In this document: positions 9,036 through 16,286 of the stretch, piece by piece | How the letters are laid out: every line of letters begins with the position of its first letter | Position numbering within the stretch: position 1 is the stretch's first letter | IMG/VR virus record: IMGVR_UViG_3300042299_000619 | Location: 1 to 27,931 of that record | Strand: one strand, 5' to 3' | From: a virus | Lineage: Duplodnaviria; Caudoviricetes | DNA: 27,931 nt | Program-made: the position numbers and the translations under genes | Notes under the pieces: model-generated | The model's database searches: none | Seen by the model: only the letters and a program-made list of their open reading frames with translations | What the model was told of the DNA's origin: nothing

Positions 9036-10401
9036 CGTCGTATGTGTGTGAGGTTGAAGTATTAGATGACGCTGTCGTGTCTGCTGTAGAATCTCCCCAT
9101 TTTATATTAATATTAGAGGAATCAGACGTAGTAACTGAAAAACCAGTTAGTGCAGAAGTTTGAGAATAGTCGAATTTCCAAAACTTGAAGGGCACTGGAA
9201 GACTATAGATTCTAACAATGCCAGATTTAACAGAATCTTTAGTATAGTTTGGAGAACCAATTGCTATTTTTTTAAAATTTTTACTCAATGATACCGACCA
9301 ACCAGAATTTTCATACACTTCTTTTCCAACTATTTTTGGATATATTTTATACCAATTGTTGTTTCTGTATTTGTAGATTTGAACTGCACCTGTATCAATT
9401 TTACTACCAGAATCCTTAAAGGGAGCTCCTATTGCTATAGAGTCTCCATTATCATTTAACGACACGCTATAACCAGACAAATCTCCGACTGAAGTAAAAA
9501 TATCAGATCCTAGTTGTTGCCATGCTCCAGATTCATACTTGAATATTTTAGTTACTCCTCCATTATCTGCATAGGTATCATCTAATATATTTCCTATCGC
9601 GACTATATCTCCTAAGCTATTTAATGATACGCTAAAACCAGATTGACTGTTTACAGAACCGTCTAAATCCAATCCAACTTGATTCCATGTCGTACCAATG
9701 CCAGAATAATCATATATTTTTGTATGACCAGATTCAATTCCTGTAGGAGTATTATTGAAAGGAGCTCCGATTGCAATTCTAGTACCGCTGCTATTAAGTG
9801 CAATACTCCACCCAGAATTATCTCCAATAAGCTCTCCATATATTGTGCCTATTTTTTGCCATATTCCAAGAGTTTCTTTACAAATAACTACTGAACCCTT
9901 ATCCTCTCCATTTGCATCATCTTTAGGAGAGCCAAATGCAATTATATTGCCAATTGAATTAGTTGTAACGCTAAATCCTGACCAATATCCTATTCCTTCT
10001 CCAGTTATTGTAGCAAGTAATGACCATGTCGATGTAGAAATCGAATAGCTATAAACATCTATATTTCCATTAACTGTATCTAGTGGTTTACTTCCTATTA
10101 CGACCCTATCTCCTTTATGATTTATCGATACGCTATATCCAAATTGCTGTGATGCGCTAGAACCATTAAATGTAGTAAAATGTTCCCATAATTTATTAGC
10201 GGTATTGTATTTGTATACAACAACTCTTCCTACATTGTTTGGACCAAAAAACGGTTCTCCTACAACACAAATATCACCGATAGAATTTAATGAAACGCTA
10301 TATCCAGTTCCGTCAGAATCATTTATTCCTACTATTGGTGGAGAGTCTAGAGTTATACCAGTAGATGATAAAACTGCTCGTTTAAAATCAAGTATATTCA
10401 T
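9031..10401 (-). CDS. Beta-propeller (FG-GAP-like repeat) protein with partial PKD-like C-terminus
   Basis: 456 aa. About 7 repeats of SGxSVSLNxxGDxIAIGxP...GxVxIYxY; ends NINIKWGDSTADTTASSNTSTSHTYDV. Confidence 0.85.
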   Translation of the reverse strand: MNILDFKRAVLSSTGITLDSPPIVGINDSDGTGYSVSLNSIGDICVVGEPFFGPNNVGRVVVYKYNTANKLWEHFTTFNGSSASQQFGYSVSINHKGDRVVIGSKPLDTVNGNIDVYSYSISTSTWSLLATITGEGIGYWSGFSVTTNSIGNIIAFGSPKDDANGEDKGSVVICKETLGIWQKIGTIYGELIGDNSGWSIALNSSGTRIAIGAPFNNTPTGIESGHTKIYDYSGIGTTWNQVGLDLDGSVNSQSGFSVSLNSLGDIVAIGNILDDTYADNGGVTKIFKYESGAWQQLGSDIFTSVGDLSGYSVSLNDNGDSIAIGAPFKDSGSKIDTGAVQIYKYRNNNWYKIYPKIVGKEVYENSGWSVSLSKNFKKIAIGSPNYTKDSVKSGIVRIYSLPVPFKFWKFDYSQTSALTGFSVTTSDSSNINIKWGDSTADTTASSNTSTSHTYDV

Positions 10402-10402
10402 A

Positions 10403-10759
10403 CTAATACAGTGTGCCTATAGCAACAAATTTATTATTACTATTAGATTTGTAAATATACAAACCGCTGTATGCTACAGTATTTTCTACGCTTGTTTCAT
10501 CATTTACTGTGTTTCCAGCAGAACAGTTAATCGTTAGCGTATCACCAGTAGTGTTTACTATGCCAATAACCCATCCATCTATAGTTGAAGTATAACTAGG
10601 CAAAGTTAGTAGATTATCGCCAGTCGTATGAAATATTTTACCGTTGTCCGAATCAACAAACACTCTATTTGATCCAGTAATGCTAGTAGAATCAATAAAT
10701 CCTGTAGTCGTTAGTACTCCATTTACGTGCGTATCACTGTTGTTTGTTATTAATCCCAT
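10403..10759 (-). CDS. Small fibre adaptor-like protein
   Basis: 118 aa. VFVDSDNGKIFH...LTLP...GWVIGIVN...LTI...TVN...YSGLYIYK...KFVAIG resembles the C-terminal domain of the 855-aa fibre. Confidence 0.75.
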   Translation of the reverse strand: MGLITNNSDTHVNGVLTTTGFIDSTSITGSNRVFVDSDNGKIFHTTGDNLLTLPSYTSTIDGWVIGIVNTTGDTLTINCSAGNTVNDETSVENTVAYSGLYIYKSNSNNKFVAIGTLY

Positions 10760-10764
10760 ATAAT

Positions 10765-10772
10765 TATTTATT
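10765..10772 (-). promoter_or_regulatory. Near-consensus late promoter AATAAATA
   Basis: One mismatch to TATAAATA, 5 nt upstream of the ATG at 10759, the same spacing as the exact sites. The AT-rich context weakens it. Confidence 0.5.
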
Positions 10773-12090
10773 AAAAGTTTATATCTACTATAAATGTACC
10801 ACCTAGTATAGTGACATTTGAATTAACTGGTTTTGTTGCATGCGCGAATGAAACTATTATATTTCTTGGATTTGCAGAAAAAATTGAATGTGTAGCGGTG
10901 GCAAGTGTTTTCAATTCAACGTCTCCATACAATCTAAGTTCTTTGCCTGCTATAGCTGTGGTAGAATTAAATGTAATACATGCAACGTCGTTATTGCTAA
11001 ACCACCTTCCACCATTAAATTTATGAACTGATGAAGTCGCATCTTCATCTGGAAATGCAAAAACAACTAGTTTTGCGCTAGATTTATTTGTGCTTAAATC
11101 AGAAATATAACAATTTTCTATATTCCATGTCGTATTTCCATTGCCGATAGAAATTCCTTCAGTTCCATATATTTCTATGGTTTCACAATTCGCTATAAAA
11201 CTAGCTAAACTATTTATTGCACTAAAGGCTAGTAATTTATCGCATTTTGTAGTTAAGACATTATAATAACACGCTCCAGAAAGACTAGTATTGTTAACGA
11301 CAGTAGAACCAACGACAGCGATGTGTTTTACATTGATGCTAACAGTTCCACCTGTTAATGAAAAAATACTACCTCCTGTACCAGAAATTCGAGTGATGCT
11401 TAAGCATTCGAAATATATTTTTGTATCGCCTAATACTCCAGTAGAAAGGGATAATACGCCTCCAGTTCCAGCAATTTCAAATTTTGCATAACCGCTTATT
11501 GATTTTTCTTCATTCGCAGTTAATGCAAACGCAACTACGTTGTTTGAAACTGTTACTTTAGTACCCGGTTCAAAATAAATATTACCGTTATTGTTTAAAC
11601 TAATTTGAGTAGATATTGTATAAGTCCCAGCACGAACATAAACAAGATCACCAACTATAGAGTTTAACACCGCTGCACCAATAGTTTTAAATGGTTTTGA
11701 TATATCATAATCGTTAACCCCAGCCCGTGTATCTGTACCTACACCATCATCAACATAAATCGTTTTTCCAGTAGTTAATTCTTGTATAGTGCCATCAGCC
11801 TTTAAAAATTGTGCAGTTGTACCACTAGTACGTACGAATGAAGACGCTTCGACGCCAACGTTTGAAGTCCAACGATTAGTCGAAGACACCCAATTAAATG
11901 TTTTATCACTAGCTGCCTTTAGCGTAAGGCCTCCTCCATCACCTGTAGAGTTGCTAGGAGTGTCGACATTACCAATAATAATATTTTTATCTTCTATAGT
12001 TAGATTATTTGTATTAATTGTAGTAGTGGTACCAGAGACGGTCAAATCTCCAGTAATTACCAAATCGTTGTATAGTGTTTGTTGACTCAT
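10771..12090 (-). CDS. Tailspike-like protein: fibre N-module + putative right-handed beta-helix
   Basis: 439 aa. N-terminal GDLTVSGTTTTINT..LTIEDKNI..G...GGGLTLK...DKTFNW module typical of T4-like fibres, then TTGKTIYVD..GTD...KPFKTIGAAV..GDLVYVRAGTY, a pectin-lyase-like helix entry motif. Confidence 0.78.
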   Translation of the reverse strand: MSQQTLYNDLVITGDLTVSGTTTTINTNNLTIEDKNIIIGNVDTPSNSTGDGGGLTLKAASDKTFNWVSSTNRWTSNVGVEASSFVRTSGTTAQFLKADGTIQELTTGKTIYVDDGVGTDTRAGVNDYDISKPFKTIGAAVLNSIVGDLVYVRAGTYTISTQISLNNNGNIYFEPGTKVTVSNNVVAFALTANEEKSISGYAKFEIAGTGGVLSLSTGVLGDTKIYFECLSITRISGTGGSIFSLTGGTVSINVKHIAVVGSTVVNNTSLSGACYYNVLTTKCDKLLAFSAINSLASFIANCETIEIYGTEGISIGNGNTTWNIENCYISDLSTNKSSAKLVVFAFPDEDATSSVHKFNGGRWFSNNDVACITFNSTTAIAGKELRLYGDVELKTLATATHSIFSANPRNIIVSFAHATKPVNSNVTILGGTFIVDINF

Positions 12091-12107
12091 AATTTTTAAA
12101 TAATTGT

Positions 12108-14453
12108 TTAGGCTGAAGCATCAACAGTAAATGCACCCACCTTAAAGGTAATGTTTGAATTTGCAGGAGCTGTTGCAAATGAGCCATAGGTGTATACATC
12201 TATCGGCAGTGACGAACTTAGACTATTAGTTGCAGCGGCACGTAGAATATTTGTTTGATATAATAAGACTCGTTTATTAGTTGTTGAACCAGCTGTAGAG
12301 GCGAATGTTATATTCGAGTTACCAATCGAACTAGACCAAGTAACTCCTTGGAAAACATGACTTTCAAATGTGGCGTTTTCTGTCCAACTTAATGCAGCAC
12401 CTACACCCACATGATTATAATTAACTATTCTAAAGTTAGTAGTAATTAAACTTAGACTCATGCCAGCAGTTGCGTTGTATGTAATTAACGTCCAAACGTC
12501 AGCATTGATTTGAGCACCAGCCCCGCCACCAGCATTAGCTGCGCCAGCACCATTAACAAACACACCGCAATATACAAATGGAATTCTTGTTGTAACTTTC
12601 CCAGCACCAGTGACATTAAACACAGTAGCACTAGAAGCTAAAAACGTTGTAGTCATTTGAACTACATTAGCGTCAACAGATAGTGCACCAGCCGCGCAAT
12701 TAAAGAGTGTGCCACTAGCGCTATTAGGACCACTTACAGAGTTGCATTCAAATGCAACAGCTGCGGTATTACCACTAGGCATAGTTAACACCCCAGCTGA
12801 GCCGGCTAATACAAAATCTGCATCTCCTCTAATATAAATTGGAACATTATTCTGACTATATGAAAATGCTGTAACACCTGTTGCGACACTAACTGTTGCT
12901 CCTGGTTCAAAATATAGGTGACCTTTAAGATTTAAGTTAATTTGAGCGGATATTGCATAAGACCCAGCTCGAACATAAATTAGATCACCTTGGGTTGAAG
13001 CAGTCACCGCCGCAGAGATGGTTGCAAATGGACGATGTTCATTATATGCAGTAGTATTAATTCTAGAATCAGACCCGATTAAAGAATCGACGAAAATTGT
13101 TTTTCCAGTAGTATTGTTATTCCAGCGCGATGATAATATTCTCGATGAATTTGTAAATACACTTATAGAGTTGTGCGAATTGCTACAAATTATATCACCG
13201 ACTGCATTCACCGCGACATCACTTCCCAAATAATCATTATTTGCTATGCCATCAATATCGCGAAGACGAATCCATCTACTTCCATCCCATTGATAAATTC
13301 TTATGTGACCGCTATTAGAAAACCCACTATCATTTAATCGCGATCCAATTATAACACGATCGCCAACTGCATTCAATGCAACTGAAATTCCACTTTCATC
13401 ATTATTAATCTCTCCATTTAAATCCAATCCTTGTTGTATCCATGATCCAGTAGATGTGACTCCACCTGTCCATTGATAAACTACAACACGACCACGATTA
13501 GTTCCAGATTCTGCGTCGTTATACGGGGATCCAATCGCAACCCTATCACCAGCAGCGTTTAATGACACGCTCCATCCGCTTTGATCTCCAGCCGCTTCAC
13601 CATCAAGATCTAATGAACCCATTCTTGTCCATACGTCCCCATCCCACTGATATATTCTAACTTGACCACGATTGTCACTGGCACTACCAGTGCCATCATT
13701 TAATATGGCGCCAATTGCAACCCTATCACCGACAGCGTTTAATGACACGCTCCATCCGCTTTGATCTCCAGCCGCTTCACCATCAAGATCTAATGAACCC
13801 ATTCTTGTCCACGCAGTGCCGTCAAATTCATATACTCTAGTGTGACCACGATTATCACTGGCACTACCAATGCCATCATTGTATATCGCTCCGACTGCAA
13901 CCCTATCACCAGCAGCGTTTAATGATACGCTCCATCCGCTTTGATCTCCAGTCGCTTCACCATCAATGTCTAGCGCACCAATTTTAGCCCATACTGTATT
14001 GTTCCATTCATATATGCGAACATTTCCACGATTGTCACTAGCATTGCCAGTAGTACCATCGTTTTCAGGTGATCCAATTGCGATTCTATTTCCAGCAGAG
14101 TTTAATGATACGCTCCATCCGCTTTGATCTCCGCTAAATTCATTTGCTATATCGAGACCTTGTTGTGACCAAGCGGTTCCGTTCCATTGATAAATTCTAG
14201 TAACACTAGTAGTAGAATTTAGTTTAACGCCTGCAGCAATACGATCTCCATCAGAATTTATTGATATTGCAGTAATCTCACCAGTAGTAATATTAAAATC
14301 TGATCCTAGTTGTATATATTCTGAACCAAATAGAGTAAGGTATGCATTATTCCACTGCATACTATTTCCGTTTAGTTCGGAAATAATACCACGAACGTTT
14401 AGATTATTATACTGGGCGTTTGGACCCATATTGATTGGAAGTGTTGCTGGCAT
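12108..14453 (-). CDS. Chimeric receptor-binding protein: beta-propeller + putative beta-helix
   Basis: 781 aa. About 7 FG-GAP-like blades, then TTGKTIFVDSLIGSDSR...RPFATISAAV..GDLIYVRAGSY. Confidence 0.82.
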   Translation of the reverse strand: MPATLPINMGPNAQYNNLNVRGIISELNGNSMQWNNAYLTLFGSEYIQLGSDFNITTGEITAISINSDGDRIAAGVKLNSTTSVTRIYQWNGTAWSQQGLDIANEFSGDQSGWSVSLNSAGNRIAIGSPENDGTTGNASDNRGNVRIYEWNNTVWAKIGALDIDGEATGDQSGWSVSLNAAGDRVAVGAIYNDGIGSASDNRGHTRVYEFDGTAWTRMGSLDLDGEAAGDQSGWSVSLNAVGDRVAIGAILNDGTGSASDNRGQVRIYQWDGDVWTRMGSLDLDGEAAGDQSGWSVSLNAAGDRVAIGSPYNDAESGTNRGRVVVYQWTGGVTSTGSWIQQGLDLNGEINNDESGISVALNAVGDRVIIGSRLNDSGFSNSGHIRIYQWDGSRWIRLRDIDGIANNDYLGSDVAVNAVGDIICSNSHNSISVFTNSSRILSSRWNNNTTGKTIFVDSLIGSDSRINTTAYNEHRPFATISAAVTASTQGDLIYVRAGSYAISAQINLNLKGHLYFEPGATVSVATGVTAFSYSQNNVPIYIRGDADFVLAGSAGVLTMPSGNTAAVAFECNSVSGPNSASGTLFNCAAGALSVDANVVQMTTTFLASSATVFNVTGAGKVTTRIPFVYCGVFVNGAGAANAGGGAGAQINADVWTLITYNATAGMSLSLITTNFRIVNYNHVGVGAALSWTENATFESHVFQGVTWSSSIGNSNITFASTAGSTTNKRVLLYQTNILRAAATNSLSSSLPIDVYTYGSFATAPANSNITFKVGAFTVDASA
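13537..14132. repeat. Intragenic tandem repeats, about 180-bp period, four copies of decreasing identity
   Basis: 13537..13631 versus 13717..13811 differ at 2 positions. A third copy starts at 13897 and a fourth partial copy lies near 14080-14132. Confidence 0.9.
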
Positions 14454-16286
14454 ATATTAAAATATTTTAGATATTATATTGTATTGACCATCTATGATGA
14501 TAGATGTATGAGGTGATACGTTGCTGTATGTTCCAGTTGAATATACTATCGTAGTGCGGTTAGACGATGAAATGCCCGGAGAAGTACCAGTAGTATTATG
14601 TAATTTCACTGTATCTAAGAAAATATCTCTGAATGTTCCGTTGTTTTCACACACTATAGGTGTGCCAGAAGTTACTAGTCTAACATTTCTAAGTACTGGA
14701 CCAGTACCGGTAGTACTATAGTTAAATATTACACATGGACCGTTTAAATTATTATTCAAATTTACTCCACGATATGAGAATCCGGAGCCAGCTGTAATTC
14801 TCATAACTGTATCGGCTGAATTTCCAACTACAGTCCACAGATCTAGCGTCACCCCTCCAGTAGTATTACAATTTAAAAACTGTTTGCATGTAATGCTATG
14901 AGACCGTCTAACTACAAGACCTCCAGATCCGGTTAGATTGAATGCATTAGCGGTTGGTATGTTTATAGTATTAAAGATTAAATTTAATGAACCTCCACTA
15001 ATTGCGAATAGAGTGCCGGTAGAAGTTCCACCAACAGTATTAATTTCTAACTGTAAAGATCCATTACTCTGTGAAAGAATGCCTGATGAATTTACTATGG
15101 TAAAATTAGCATATCCATTTACTAATTTTGTTTCGTTCACAGTTAAACTAAATGCGGATGGTGCTGAAACGCTAATATTAACATCTGATTCAAAATATAT
15201 ATTGCCTTTTCCATTTAATGATATCTGATTGGCTACAGTATAGTTGCCATTGCGAACATAAACCAAGTCAGCTCCGCCTTCTGGTGTAATAGTCGTGGTA
15301 TTAGATCCAACTCCAGATCCACTAGTTGATGTTGGATATGTAAAATTATCTTTATCTAATACTGCAATTTCTACTCCACTAACATTAAGTGGAGAGTTAC
15401 CGTTTCCTGTCACTGTTATTCGTCTGCCAGTCAACAAACCATGATTTTGTAAACTAACAGTTGCAGTATTTCCATTTAATGTAATTAACGCGCCATCAAT
15501 AACGATAGTCGTACCAACCGAAGCATTTACAGCAGCTTCAATTGTCTTGAATGGAAATGCTTCAGCATATTTTGATAGTTGACCTCTGCTGTCATTTCCA
15601 ACAATCGAATCAACGAATATCGTCTTACCGGTTGGATAAAATTCTGGAGTTTCTGAAACCGCTAGTTGTAAACTTGCAATATCAAGGTTAATGTTATCAA
15701 GTTCAGTTCTAAGACCTATTATGCTATTTGTATTGATATAACCATCAGTAGTATCTGCAATTGCAATTGTTCCTGATCGACTTGGTAATGAAATATTATA
15801 TAGTTGTCCTTGATTGTATCTAGGAGATAATGTGGCAAATGGAATATCTGCACTTGTTTGACCGTCTGTAATTCTTTTAAACCACGTTAATTTACCAACA
15901 TCTTTATCGATTGCTAGTTTTAATTCTCCATTGCCTTGAAAGCCGTGAGAATAGTCTCCATTAATCGTATCAGAAAGAGCACCAAATGTGTTTATGCTTT
16001 TGGCATATACACCAACATATGGACATTCTTCGGTCGGAATTGTGTTTAACGATGTTACATTTATAGAACCATACATATCGCGTTTAACGACAGTATTGGG
16101 TATAGGCATAATTGAAGCATCATCTTGACCATATATCTTTATTTGGTTATCATTATTTTTATAAAATAATAAACCATCAGTATAGTTTAATGCAACTTCT
16201 CCATAATCTAGAAATGCAGCTTGCGGTATTGCTCCTGCTACAGAACTATTTTTTAAAATGACTTTATTGTAAGCTGGCATATATTA
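14446..16286. repeat. 14-bp direct repeat GCTGGCATATATTA at 14446..14459 and 16273..16286
   Basis: Exact match. Each copy spans a stop-TAT-ATG-CCA-GC gene junction on the minus strand. Confidence 0.8.
14457..16280 (-). CDS. Tailspike-like protein: Mtd_N-like N-terminus + putative beta-helix with inserted barrel
   Basis: 607 aa. KVILKNSSVAGAIP..LDYGEVALNYTDGLLFYK N-module; PTGKTIFVD..GNDSR...PFKTIEAAV, an insert of about 80 aa, then ADLVYVRNGNY. Confidence 0.78.
   Translation of the reverse strand: MPAYNKVILKNSSVAGAIPQAAFLDYGEVALNYTDGLLFYKNNDNQIKIYGQDDASIMPIPNTVVKRDMYGSINVTSLNTIPTEECPYVGVYAKSINTFGALSDTINGDYSHGFQGNGELKLAIDKDVGKLTWFKRITDGQTSADIPFATLSPRYNQGQLYNISLPSRSGTIAIADTTDGYINTNSIIGLRTELDNINLDIASLQLAVSETPEFYPTGKTIFVDSIVGNDSRGQLSKYAEAFPFKTIEAAVNASVGTTIVIDGALITLNGNTATVSLQNHGLLTGRRITVTGNGNSPLNVSGVEIAVLDKDNFTYPTSTSGSGVGSNTTTITPEGGADLVYVRNGNYTVANQISLNGKGNIYFESDVNISVSAPSAFSLTVNETKLVNGYANFTIVNSSGILSQSNGSLQLEINTVGGTSTGTLFAISGGSLNLIFNTINIPTANAFNLTGSGGLVVRRSHSITCKQFLNCNTTGGVTLDLWTVVGNSADTVMRITAGSGFSYRGVNLNNNLNGPCVIFNYSTTGTGPVLRNVRLVTSGTPIVCENNGTFRDIFLDTVKLHNTTGTSPGISSSNRTTIVYSTGTYSNVSPHTSIIIDGQYNIISKIF

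Noticed and set aside
7677-10405. Stop-codon reassignment (TAG readthrough)
   Set aside because: The standard code already gives near-complete coding density. The TAG at 7680 is followed by TAA, and the split at 9031 involves TAA.
13537-14132. CRISPR-like repeat/spacer appearance
   Set aside because: The repeats are 70-95 bp, in-frame inside genes, and the intervening segments are homologous protein-coding loops.
2760-16280. Diversity-generating retroelement (near-identical repeats plus an Mtd_N-like domain)
   Set aside because: There is no reverse transcriptase in the window, all repeat copies are coding, and mismatches in the 168-bp pair are mostly synonymous and not adenine-specific.
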